Source: Craspedostauros australis
Taxonomy: Eukaryota
Assembly (NCBI GenBank): GCA_030167865.1
Contig: JALAGF010002287.1
Span: 1-32,545 of the forward strand
Direction: 5' to 3'
DNA: 32,545 nt
Part shown: positions 1 through 11,397 of the stretch, piece by piece
How positions within the stretch are numbered: position 1 is the stretch's first letter
Layout of the letters: each line of letters opens with the position of its first letter
The notes under the pieces: generated by a model
Told to the model about the DNA's origin: nothing
The model's input: the letters and a program-made list of their open reading frames with translations, nothing else
The model's database searches: none
Program-made: the position numbers and the translations under genes

Positions 1-631
1 TCGTTTCTTCACCCTACTAACACCAATAAGCTAACTCATAATAACGGACTAGGATTAGCTACAAAGCACTCTACTTCTCATCGTTACAAGTTATAACTAT
101 TCAAACAGCACACCTCTCTTGAACTGCATCACACGGCTATCCCGAAGCCGGCAGATTCACGAGGCATTCTCCACCGATTCGCGACGCCTACGCACGAATC
201 CTAACTCTCCGGTATATATGTAACAAAATATCGCCAGTCATCGGAGGATGACCGCATTCCTCTCTCTTCATCCCGCTTTGTGGGCAGAAGTTGCGTTTCG
301 GTACGTGCAAGCTCGGTACAAACCAAGAGGAAGCAACACACACAAAAGACGTACCAGACAACCCACCAAGCTTGCTGAACAAGACACAAACAGTCGCGGT
401 ATTGTCACGCAGATCACAGACCATTGGCACTCGGCATCGGCATCAGCATCAGCATCACACACCACCACCACCACCAACAACACCAACACCGACACCAACG
501 CAAAGGCATCACAATCACCTGCAGAGCTCATAAAAACCGCAACCATCCAAAGACCAACGACAAAACCAACAACTCTCATACTCCACCACAACGCACCCAC
601 TCACTCACTCACCCACACACACACCATCACC

Positions 632-898
632 ATGAAGCAGCAACAGACGAAGTACGCCTCCATCCTCATGCTCTCCCTCATCGCCATCACGTTGTGCCTG
701 TCAGGCGTGCAGTCCTGGAAGACTTCGACGACGAAAGTGATGTCGTGGGGTGATATCACGACGGCTGAGTCGTCACGCATGTACAGCTCACTCATCGGCA
801 GGCCCATTACGAGCAACAAGGCTGCAGCCATCATGCTGCCGTGCCCTCCAGTCATGAGTCGCGACAACTGCCTGCACTACATGTTCCAGGACATCTGA
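632..898 (+). CDS. Small signal-peptide protein (88 aa) with C-terminal C-x8-C, function unknown
   Basis: ATG at 632 in caccATG context after a long C/A-rich leader; MKQQQTKYASILMLSLIAITLCLSGVQS-W resembles a cleavable signal peptide; ends MLPCPPVMSRDNCLHYMFQDI-TGA. The upstream part of ORF 248..898 is low-complexity leader. Confidence 0.6.
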   Translation: MKQQQTKYASILMLSLIAITLCLSGVQSWKTSTTKVMSWGDITTAESSRMYSSLIGRPITSNKAAAIMLPCPPVMSRDNCLHYMFQDI

Positions 899-2462
899 AG
901 GACTGCAGTCACGGAGATGGACGGCGCTCGTCATCAGCACACGTGATGCTGCACCGGCGGCGATCGTTCCAAATCCACAACACCACGATAGAGATCCTTC
1001 ATCAAGGAACCAGCGGGAACGCTCAGTACATCGTGCACCAACAAGACCAAGCACACCAAACCAGCAGACTCCCCTTACCAGTACCGCACGAAACAGAACG
1101 TGCCATCCACAACACCAATTCCATCATTCATACCAACTCGTACCATACCAAATCGACCGACTTATTCACACCATAACTTCACGACGCATCACGCCGTCCC
1201 CCAGTGAAGGAAGGTCATAGACTCCAAGATACCACACTTGTGTACACTAACACACGATACCATTAGCAATAACACTACCATAGCAAAGAAGATTAGATAG
1301 CATTCCAATCACGCCGCAAGTTTGATTGATCTGTCTCTTAGGGATACTGTGGCTCGCACGAGTCACATCCTCTCTTGGCCACACCATCCGATCGTCTGAC
1401 CTGCCAATCAACCAGGATCACTGACCGTTCCACCCCAGGCGCCAAACTCGAGTCGACTCGATCAGAACAAAGAGCCTCGCGACATCCCAGTGGTGCATGC
1501 GAGAAGTGCTCGCAAATGGAACGAGATGGAATGGTCTACCGTGGCGGAGGGGACAATTCACCTTCCGCCATCGGCGTGGCGCCAACGCTTACATTTCTCC
1601 GCCTCATTTTTTGGCTGTCTGTTGTCGAACATCATCAAGGCATCTTTTTCCATGCCGTTGTGGATTGGCGATGGGCTGATGCGTTTGAGGCGATAAAGCT
1701 CGGCTTCCACAGGGCGGCACGATAGTGGTTTGCCGAAAAGGGCTCATGGTGGGAGGCATCGGCATTGTCAAAGGTTGTTCAAAGATACACCGCGCTGTCA
1801 CTTCCCATCCTCCAAGATCACGAAATTGGCTATAAAGGCATTCAGTGCCAAACTTTCTCTCTCGCTCTTTCCATCTCTTGGCACCCACAAGCTGCTCTTG
1901 ATCGTTGGACCGATTGGTACGCGCATTGAGCGCAACACAATGCATCGCATCGCATCGCAACGCAAAGTGAAGGAGAGCAGGGGAGGTTAGGGCAATCCCT
2001 TGTTTCGAATGAAAGATTCACCGTCACTGCTGAGAATCAACGCGACATGTTGGACCCTTCCTCCCTGATGTTGTCCATGGCGCTCTCGTTCATGGATCTG
2101 CCAGGAAGGATACCCACAGACGACGAAATAGATCACATGCCTGCGACATCGCCTTTCTGTTCTGCACATGCCGAAAAGCGCACTCGCTCATCATGATCCA
2201 ATCCCACGGATGTCGACTGATGTCTTTGTCACCCATTTCGTTCCAAAAGTGCCGGAGAAAAAGTATCAATGACCGATTATTTTGTATCACGGGCCATTCT
2301 ATGTAAATCCGTTGGGCGTCTTCATTCTTGCCCACATTCGCGAAGTTCGTCACCGGAGAAACAACGTGATGGTGCGTTGCGCGAAGCAGTTCGTCATAAA
2401 ATCAGATTCACAACAACAACCATAAAATCAGATCCAAGACAACCAGATTCAACACATCCACC

Positions 2463-2729
2463 ATGAACCGCTCCATCATCGTCATCTTCATCGCCTTGTG
2501 CCTGGCGCTGCCGCAGACGCATTCTGCGTTCACCAAGAGACGTCGACATTCCACGAACAGCAACAACCCGCGTTCGAACAAGCGCGCCAAGGAGATTGAT
2601 GACAGTCTCGTCTCGGAGCGCGTCAAGGGCGGGTTCGTGCAACCAGCATTGGTGGCACGGCATCAGAGCAGCAGCCTGTCGCCGCCATCGACGCAGGACG
2701 AAGACGATGACTGTGCCTTGTGCATGTGA
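2463..2729 (+). CDS. Small signal-peptide protein (88 aa), basic N-region, acidic C-terminus with CxxC
   Basis: ccaccATG after an A/C-rich leader; MNRSIIVIFIALCLALPQTHSA-F signal peptide with ASAF-like cleavage site; KRRR and KR; ends QDEDDDCALCM-TGA; AT-richer 3' flank. Confidence 0.65.
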   Translation: MNRSIIVIFIALCLALPQTHSAFTKRRRHSTNSNNPRSNKRAKEIDDSLVSERVKGGFVQPALVARHQSSSLSPPSTQDEDDDCALCM

Positions 2730-2927
2730 ACGTCTGTCTCCTTGCTTCCACAATGTACTACACTACATGTTATACACAACAGCATTGACACGAATACGAT
2801 GTAACAACAGCACTCCATAATCCAAACTCTAGAAACGAATAGTTGCACATACAAAAACAAATCAAGCATCTCCGCACGTACACTTCGTTTCCTCAATGAT
2901 TGTTCCTGTCTGGCATGAAGTAGCGAC

Positions 2928-2952
2928 TCATTCATTCATTCATTCATTCATT
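2928..2952. repeat. (CATT)n microsatellite
   Basis: tcattcattcattcattcattcatt just 3' of the kinesin stop codon. Confidence 0.85.
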
Positions 2953-2960
2953 AGTTTGCT

Positions 2961-5900
2961 CTACCACGTCTTCGAGCGTTTCTGCTCGAAGCGGCTCTTC
3001 TCCCCCTTGCGGCGCTTGCGTGGCACGTCGCTCATCTTGTTTGCCGTTGGCAGGTTCCCCACCTGGCTCTTCAGCAGCGGTATGCGTCCCGATTTGGTCC
3101 TGACTTCCGTGGAAGGCGTCTTGGCATTGCCAAAACCATTGCACTCCGCGTCGGCATGCTGTTCCTCTCCATTGCTTTCCAAAGAACGCTTCAGATCGCC
3201 GAGATTCAGCACCAACTGCCGAATGGACATCCCACCACCGCCGTTATGCAACTTCATCCCATCGGCGCTCAGATTCTTCAGAATTTCAGCCTCGGATGCC
3301 GTTGCTGACAGATCGTTGCTGTAATCAATCTGGAGGCGTTGGGGCAGCGGCTTGCTTTCGTCGTTCATCCCGATCACGTCATTGCCGAATTCCGCGCTCT
3401 GCGTGTTGGAGGTGTCAACACGCTTCTTGCATTCGTCCAGCTTGGATCGTGTCGTTCGCAGATGCTTGGCCATTCGGCTGTTCGATGCAACCCGCAGCTG
3501 TTCGGCCTCGTCCATGGATGCTGTCGCCAACGTCCTGAATTCGGCACCGTCCGCCTCCACACTCTGGGCCATGCCGGACACGGCTTGCAATTGATCATTT
3601 GCGAGACCGTGGAGCTCTGTGGATGTGCTGTTGCTCAGTTCCTTCAGCTTGCCCAGTTTATCGGAGAACGTCGTCATAATGGCTTCTCTTGGATCTTCGA
3701 TGCCCTGGATGGATTCGGTGAACGATGGCAGCACCGTCTGCTGAGCATACGAAGACAGCTGCTTCGCGGCGTCGTTCATTTGTCCAATCTCGGCTGTTAC
3801 TCCATCCTTGCTCTTGCCGATGGATTGCACGATCGTTTGCTGACCATCCCCGGCCAAGTTGATGCGGACATCATCGATCTCACCGCTGATGCCTGCAAGC
3901 TCGTCGATCTTGGTGCGTGCGGACACTGCATATTCATCATTCTTCGTTTGGTACTCAGCGTTGTGCTGTTGCAACGTGGCGCCGTACTTGCGGCTCTGCT
4001 CCAGCCCGCTCATCACATCGCGGCTCATCTGATCCAGCGCCGTCGCCTCCGTCTGGCTCTCGGCGTTGTGCTTATGCATGGCCTCGAAGGATGACTTTGC
4101 GGCATGTTGGATCTGCACGTTCATGCTCTCAGCCTCCTGGTTCCTCTGGATCATGCCCTGGCTCTGTTCGCTTTGCTGCTTCATCACCAACGACACCTGA
4201 TCGACGACGAGCTTGTTGACGCCGGCCATGATGGTCTCGATCATGGAATTGCACATCTGATCGTGCTTCTGCTGCGCCTGCTCTATGTGCTCCTTCTGCC
4301 CGGCCAACGTCACGGTCTGACTCTCGAACTGCTCCTGTTGCTTGGACTGCGTCTGGGCAAGCAACTCGCCCTGCTGCTCCAGCTGACGGTTCAGCACTCC
4401 ATGTCGCTTCGATTCCTTCGCCATCAACTCATGCTTCGCATCGATGATCTCGAGCTGATTGCCGACGATCTTGCCAATGCCCGATGTGCTCTCGACACCC
4501 GTGGCATGCCACGCGCCCAGGAACTCGGCCAACACCGTGCGCGTCTCATCGTTCTTGCGCGTAGCCTGATCCAGCAGCTGCGTCGTGTTATCGACGACGG
4601 TGAGGACCTGCGATCGGATGTGCTGCGACAGCTCTTCCACGATCTGCGACGCCTTTTGGTACTGCGCATCGTGGGTCTTGTGGAGCTCAGTGATCTGACA
4701 GTCGAATTCCTTGATGCTGTCTCGTGTTGCAGCGCAGGACTTGGCAAGTTGCTGCTCCCCGTCCGTCACGGCGGTCGATACGTCGGCCATCAGCGCATCC
4801 GTGTCGGCCTGGAAGCTGTTCAGCTTGTCGTGCATGGTGTCCTTCATGAGCCTGTCCGTGTCGGAGGACAGCGCCCGCATGCGTTGTGCGACAGCCGCCA
4901 GCAATTGCTTGGCATTGCCCACAGCGACCTTGGTCTGGTTGTACATCCCATCGTCGGACTGCTTCCCAGCTCGCAGGTTCTCCTTCTCGGCGTCATCGAC
5001 CTCCTTCAGATTCTGGATGGCGGCATGCAACGCCTTCTCCACAATCGTGCAGTATTTGCGCGTGGATGCCTTGCGCTGCTTCTCCTCATCCCTCAGCACT
5101 CGCAGGACGCCATGCAGGCAGTCACCATCTGCCATGGAGGTCTTGAGGTGGCCCAGCAGCGCCCTGGCCTCGCGTGTGAGGTTGCTCTCGGTGGTTTGCG
5201 TCGCATCCAACACGGCCAGCGTCTTCGTCAAGGATGTCCGGGTATCATTCAACTCGCTCTCCACCTTCTTCTTCTCGGTGTTGGCCACCACGAGATCGTC
5301 CTGCGCCTTCTTGAGATCCGATCGCATCGACTCGACTTCCTCGTTCAGATCCTGGTACTTGGCCTCCGCCTGCTCGGCCCTGTCCTTGAGGTCCTGATGC
5401 TGCATGTAATTCCTTGCCAGCGCCTGCCGTGCCTCCTCGACCTCGTGCTGCATGTGCTCCATGCGAATCTCCATCTCGTTCCACCGTTCCGCGGGCATGG
5501 CATTCCTGTCGGAGGACTTGGTGGGCGTGCTGCAAATCGCGCTGACGGACATGTAGGAACTGGAGACGGGCTTGTTCTGGATGCCGTTGGCCTTCTGCGC
5601 GTAGTGCAAGGTTTGCAACGATTCCTGCAGATTCATGACGGATGGCGAGATGGTGGCGATCACAACGGTCTTGCATCTGCCACCCAGAGCCTCCTGCAAG
5701 ATGCGGGTGAGCTTGGAATCACGGTACGGAATGGGATTGCGCTTGCCTTCCGACTGATCCTTCAAGGCCGTGATAACACGTCCAAGCGTGAGCAATGATT
5801 TGTTGATGTTACGTCTCTCCTGCTCCCTCGTGGCCTGCGCTTCTGCTGAGCTCTGCTTCAGCTCGGCGGTCTTTGCCGATTCTGTATTGGTGGATTGATG

Positions 5901-7096
5901 TTGATTGAAGTGAGATGCATTGTAGGTGTATGTACGGTTGCATTTGTGTGAGACTCTATGTACCAATGGAGAGAGTATGGAATACACTGGACTTGATGAC
6001 TTCACATCCACACACATGTGGTATCGCACAGTCGTAGCAAGCAGTTCCAACGCACATAAAGTAGCACACACAGTCGTCGAACGTACCGGACCCCGCCAAA
6101 TCGACGCAGTGAAGCTTGCCTTGGTACTCCATGATGCTGCCATTCGAAAGCATTTCCGTGATGGCCACGCGGATGGTGAAGATGCAATGACTGCGCGAAG
6201 ACTGCTTGTTCATACGCGTCTCACCGACACGCCTGGCCTGCAGAGCGCTCTGCATGAGCTTGAGGACGTCCTTGGCGCTATCGACCTGCCGCTCGCTGAG
6301 TCCGCGGCATGTAACGCCCTTGCCGTTGTTCATGATGTCGAGCCTTTGTTCTCGGTTGTTGGAGAGCAGATCGCTGAGGTCCTCGTTGTAAATCTCGAGG
6401 TAGGAGCAGCTGACCCTGGCTTCCGTGTACTGGGGCTTGTCGATGGCATCAAAGATGGCCCTTGCCGATCGGGGAATGACACCGAACTCGTCCGGATCAT
6501 CCAGCTTGCCCTCCATCGTGTGTGTCTTTCCCGTTCCCGTCTGGCATACGCAAGCGAGCAGACAGGAGGGAGACATAAATAAGAAGGAAGGGGTGTGTGG
6601 AATACAACATGATAGATGCATCGGAATCGGGTCAGTATCTTTGATTTGCTAGACACAGAAGCAGCACAAACATAATAGGATACACTGCAATATAATCGAA
6701 TAGAATCGAATAGAGCAGAGTCAAACACTTTCACTCCTGCATATCCATCCACACATCAACACATCCACACAATCCAACGAACGAACGCACCTGCCCGTAC
6801 GCAAAGACACAGGTCTCGTATCCTTTGAGCACATCGCGGATGACGGGCTGCAGCGTGGCACCGAAGATATCGACCTGCGTGCTGAAGGAACCAAAGACGT
6901 TGTCGAATTGAAACTGCGACCTGGCCTGTTTCTGCCCCACGCCCTTGATGACGGTGACGCATTTGCTGGCCGTCGATGCCGAGATGACGGGCAAGGTCCC
7001 CTCCTTCTGCTCGCGCTCATTCATGGGTCGCAGCCGCACGACGACCTGCACGGAGGCGCTCGAGGATGCCCCGGTGTTCAGCGACGGCGGCGGCAT
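2961..7096 (-). CDS. KIF11: Kinesin-5 (BimC/Eg5-type) mitotic motor, 3 exons, about 1226 aa
   Basis: Exons 7096-6791, 6540-6087 and 5881-2961 with GT-AG introns 6790-6541 and 6086-5882. Splicing restores [10 protein letters not shown]-loop FAYGQ|TGTGKT, switch I NKQSSRSH, switch [43 protein letters not shown] and neck GIQNKP (kinesin-5-like), followed by a long coiled coil. Confidence 0.93.
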
Positions 7097-7283
7097 GGTT
7101 GTTGTTGTTGGTGTATTGGCGTGCTTGTATTGGTGCTTGTATTTGTGATGTATTCTTGCACTGGAGTGCGATCAGAATGTGGATGATACTTCTGCAAGTT
7201 CCGATAACAATTACGTATTTGATTGATGGGCTTTCACTCGATGAGTTCCTTCACAGTGCTCTATCTGTATGTCGAGTCTATTC

Positions 7284-8048
7284 AAGCGGTTGGCACTTCA
7301 GTTGTCAATGATGATGATGATGATGATGATGATAAGCAGCACAAGAAGTTGATGATGAAGTTGAAAATGGGGTAGTTGTGGAGGAACTGAGTGGAGATGT
7401 GAATGTGGAGAGATCCTCTTCCGACTTCGCACGTGATGGAATGGAGCCACAAGACAGAGAGCAAGGTGCGATGGTGCCAAACGTTCGGCATGCAACCGCT
7501 TGGCTTGCGCCTCTTCGGACAATCGTGGGTGGTGCGTGGAGTTTTGAATGGAACGTTAAAATTCAAAAATGACGTTAACTTCGATCAATTGGATCAACAA
7601 ACAGGCTTGACTAAAATGATTTACTCTCATCGTTGTTGTTCTCATTGACCAGCTCGATCCGAAAAATGAAAATCAGAACCCTGCGGTTCTGCAAAAACCG
7701 AACACAAGCAAAAGATACCACCAAACGACACGCAAGAAGAGACAGACAGGAAGATACGCGTTGAGAGGAACGCAACCGCATCCTCAAGAGACACACGCAC
7801 CACACAGAGAGAGAAGAAGGAGACAACACAACGAAGAAGACGAGAACAGGACCTGCCATACTCGTGCGCAGCAAGGCAACCGATGAACGCGACCACTCTT
7901 TGCATGGCGCAGGTGTGAACTCGATCAAATATTGCTAGTTACCCTCTCTCGTTCAACGTCGGCCTCGTCACAAGGGCGCCGCATCTGTGCTGACTTCAAC
8001 CATCGCTATCCACACGACGAGCCTGGCAATTTTCCCCAGCCAACCGCA
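7284..8048. promoter_or_regulatory. Divergent promoter with repeated CAACCGC (MYB-like) and inverted TTTGAA (CHR-like) motifs
   Basis: CAACCGC at 7286-7292(-), 7493, 7773 and 8041, plus AACCGC at 7683-7688(-); TTTTGAAT at 7542-7549 and ATTCAAAA at 7561-7568; TGACGT at 7570. Confidence 0.4.
7308..7333. repeat. (ATG)n microsatellite
   Basis: atgatgatgatgatgatgatgatgat upstream of the kinesin start. Confidence 0.85.
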
Positions 8049-9515
8049 ATGTCTTACCAGAACACAACAAACTCGGCCAACTACACCTTCCAGACGAACT
8101 GCGGCCACCATGGCACGGTGAAATCCGTGAAGAAACTGGACGGACCCAAGGCTGGCATGTGGCTGTGCCGCATGCGGGGTCCATCCGTGACGGGCAAGAG
8201 CGGCATCCGCAGCGTCTACTCTCAGCCGAACATGACGGATGCCAAGGCCAAGATAGCGCAAGCACTGCGCACGTCATCCTACGATGTCCACATTGCGACA
8301 ACGGACACCGAAGTAGATGTTATGGCCTTTCCGTCATTGTCGTATGCGAACGCGCACAGTTCGGCAGCCAGCCGCGATGCCACGAGATCGAAACAGGGAA
8401 TGTTGCAACTTCAGAATGATGCATACGGATACAATTCTTCCCCGCGAGAGGCACGTCAAATCACTGCTTTTCCTCGATCTGACGCAGCTGTGACAAGGTC
8501 ACAGTCCAACCAAAGAAAGCTAGAATACAATCATGCTCATGATGTATCGCCTTCAAAGTTGACCTTACCAATGTCCCAAACACAGCATGCGTTGCCATCT
8601 TCATCCACCAGTACAGATCAAAAGTATGCCCTGCCCATCAACTCCAGCAATCATCAGCCGTCCATAGCAGCTGACAGGCACGCCCGCACCAACACCGCCG
8701 CCGCCAGCTACGGAAACAGCAAGGACAAGTCCGAGCTTTCACCAAACAGCCTGGCGAAGTGCCGTACCTGCAAGGAGACGATCCGGAAGAACACCCTCCG
8801 CGTCGGTCTGTGGACGTTCGACTCTCGCCACAAGAAGGCTCTCTACTACTACTACCACGGCAAGTGCTGCCCGGCCGACAAGCTGGCATCGCTGCGATCC
8901 TCCTCGCGACAGATCGATGAGTCTCTGGAGCGCCATCTGGCCAGCCTCACTGTGCGATGCTTCGTCTCGCAGCAGGACGAGGAGCGCCTCGTGCGGCAGC
9001 GTCTCATCTTGCGCAATGACCTCATCGCCTTGCGCGAGGAATTTGCGTACCAATTGAGGTGGCCTGCGCGGCGCATCTATGATGATCAGACATTGGATCA
9101 GTTGGTGGCCCACATGCCTCGCACCCAGCCGGAACTGCTGGAGGTGTATGGCATCGGCCCCAAGCGGGCTCTGCACTTTGGACCTTCCATTCTGCTGATT
9201 ATCCAGCAGTATCGCGAAAAGTACGAATATGGTGGATCCGACCGCAAGGCAACGTCAGGGAGATCCTTGTCAAATCATGCGGCAACGACTTCCATATCTC
9301 TGCCACGCACCACGGTAGCACCCTCCAGTCTTATCCGTACCCCACTTTGCTCGGCGCTGGGTAGCGGTGCGAATCATCCATCCATCAGTAGAAACGGCTT
9401 AGATTGCTCCCTCGTGGTGGGAACGAGTGCAAATAAATCGCTCTCGTTTCAGGAGATCGTGAGTCGCAAGATACAGGGAGCACAACGGACAGGCACAATA
9501 ATAGAAATAGATTAG
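8049..9515 (+). CDS. PARP-type zinc finger + HRDC domain protein (about 488 aa)
   Basis: First ATG at 8049 (MSYQNTT). ELSPNSLAKCRTCKETIRKNTLRVG...YYYHGKC matches zf-PARP (CxxC...HxxC); LIALREEFA...PARRIYDDQTLDQLVAHMPRTQPELLEVYGIGPKRALHFGPSIL matches HRDC. Confidence 0.85.
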   Translation: MSYQNTTNSANYTFQTNCGHHGTVKSVKKLDGPKAGMWLCRMRGPSVTGKSGIRSVYSQPNMTDAKAKIAQALRTSSYDVHIATTDTEVDVMAFPSLSYANAHSSAASRDATRSKQGMLQLQNDAYGYNSSPREARQITAFPRSDAAVTRSQSNQRKLEYNHAHDVSPSKLTLPMSQTQHALPSSSTSTDQKYALPINSSNHQPSIAADRHARTNTAAASYGNSKDKSELSPNSLAKCRTCKETIRKNTLRVGLWTFDSRHKKALYYYYHGKCCPADKLASLRSSSRQIDESLERHLASLTVRCFVSQQDEERLVRQRLILRNDLIALREEFAYQLRWPARRIYDDQTLDQLVAHMPRTQPELLEVYGIGPKRALHFGPSILLIIQQYREKYEYGGSDRKATSGRSLSNHAATTSISLPRTTVAPSSLIRTPLCSALGSGANHPSISRNGLDCSLVVGTSANKSLSFQEIVSRKIQGAQRTGTIIEID

Positions 9516-11397
9516 GCCACGAGTTCGCGACGAAACTTCTCAAGCGCTTTGCTCCAAGCAGTTCAAGACATTGGTGGATCTTGTCATGCACAGGTTGCGT
9601 GTTGCGGGAGTCGGTAGCCCTTTGCCTCGCTCGCGATCATCGCCGTCAACATCGCCGTGATCAATTTCGCTCATCGTATCGCCGAGCCTCCGTTCGCTTG
9701 TGCATGTGCGCGCCATCGTCGTGTGCCGCCAACCCAAAGTTCTCCGACGAGTATCGTTCTCGTCCTTGTGCGGAGTGCTCCACGCACTTGTTCCCACTTC
9801 GGGTACAAATCCTTGCTTCGTTGAGAATGGCTTGTGCCTTTCCATCGAGATCTGCAGGATCAGTATAGCAGGGTATGATACGAGTCCATCGCACTCGACT
9901 CCAGTCCATCACTGGGTTGATAGCGCGCGTTGTTGGATGTTGATGTTTACCACACACTATTACTCTGCCATACACGCACCTTTGCCAAAGGCGAACTGAT
10001 GTTTGCGCCAATCGTGTGAATTTCGTTGACACCTCGTTTCGATTTCAAACTCGTTGTTGGTTGCCGTGAAACACTGGCATCGTACCAATACCTACTGCTA
10101 CAGGGTGGAAAGATCACTTCATCCGCGTGAGTATGAAACATACCATCCTATTATACTTCCATCCTGCCATACTAACATACGACGACGAGCTACAAGCACG
10201 AGTACGACCAGCGTCATCCAACCACGACTCCGATCCATCCACCACAACGAAGAGTGATACCGGCATTCGTCAGAACGACAGAATCGCAGCGACGACCACT
10301 CCTTGACGTGCGATGACTGATCTTTTTACCAGCACCATTCTCTTTACTTTTTCTACGCAAACACGTATAGTAGCATAGACAGAAGTATCTTAGGCACTAT
10401 CTGTCAGCGCGGCACAACGCAGCGCGTACGACATCGCGGCTCGGCGAAGATGTCTTGTCACCACCCAAAACGCCGCTCTCCGGACGTAGTGAACAACATC
10501 GTAGACTGCCTGAGCTATCTTTGTGTTTCCATCGTAAGACTCGTCCAGGACGGTTATTCTGGACGAACAGGGAAAACGAACCATAAGTGCATCTTCCCCC
10601 TGAGGAGCATTCGTCTGTGCATTTGTGTGCCACATTTTGTGCGCTTTCTTGTGGATGAGCATCCTTCGAATGTTGCGTGATGTTGATTACTTATGGTCGT
10701 ATGAGCCGATTTTCGATCGGGAGGGGATATGCATGCCCTACATTAACTACGTACTCAAGCCTAAATCGCCGCAAACGATGGCAAAGGGACTCACAAAGAG
10801 GGCGATGCGACAATTCACAACCTATTGACATCCCACAACTTCGTCTCTTGCCCCCGTGTTCTCCATCGACGCGTGACAACTGTCTTGCGACTTGTGCCGA
10901 TACGAACACGAGCACTCGCACGATCACGAGCACGAATACACCGGTAGCAGTCTCCAGATTCGGCTGGTGACAGAAAGATTGGGAGGCCTGCGCAAGCGTC
11001 TGCAGCGCAGGGCTTGTAGTCGTACGTAGCTCCAAGTACTGGTACATACGAGCTACAGGCTCTCTCCACACGGAACACCGTCAAGCACCTCGTACGTGCA
11101 GACGTACAAGTGCTCCCACTTGCGCGAAAGATGAGTGGAGAAGGCGCAAACACGGAAGACAACGGGCTGGGACGAACACAACAAAGTCAGATACATTCCA
11201 CGAGGGCAGTGGTGGTTGTGGTGGTTGTGGTCATCGCAAATCCCTCCTTGGTCTTCGACCCAAACTTGTGTCAAACACATCATCCTCTCACAAAATCAGA
11301 AAGCACTCCAAACAATCTGCAGCGACATCTGCAACAATCTACAACGACAGGAACGGCAGCAACATCGTCCCCCATTCCTTTCACCAAACACTCCATC

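Noticed and set aside
896..946. Selenocysteine or readthrough at the TGA of microprotein 1
   Set aside because: Another TGA follows after 15 codons and no convincing SECIS was seen.
1300..2400. Short ORFs between the two microprotein genes
   Set aside because: No motif, coding bias or coherent exon chain; treated as intergenic, although a decayed gene cannot be excluded.
3339..5798. Long + strand ORFs (251 aa and 564 aa)
   Set aside because: Leu/His/Val-rich antisense shadows of the kinesin coiled-coil codons.
5882..6143. N-terminus of the listed 1060-aa ORF
   Set aside because: It is intron 2 plus out-of-frame exon 2; splicing restores DLAGSE.
9540..11390. Multiple 60-126 aa ORFs
   Set aside because: No recognisable domains; consistent with UTR and promoter of the HA-domain gene.
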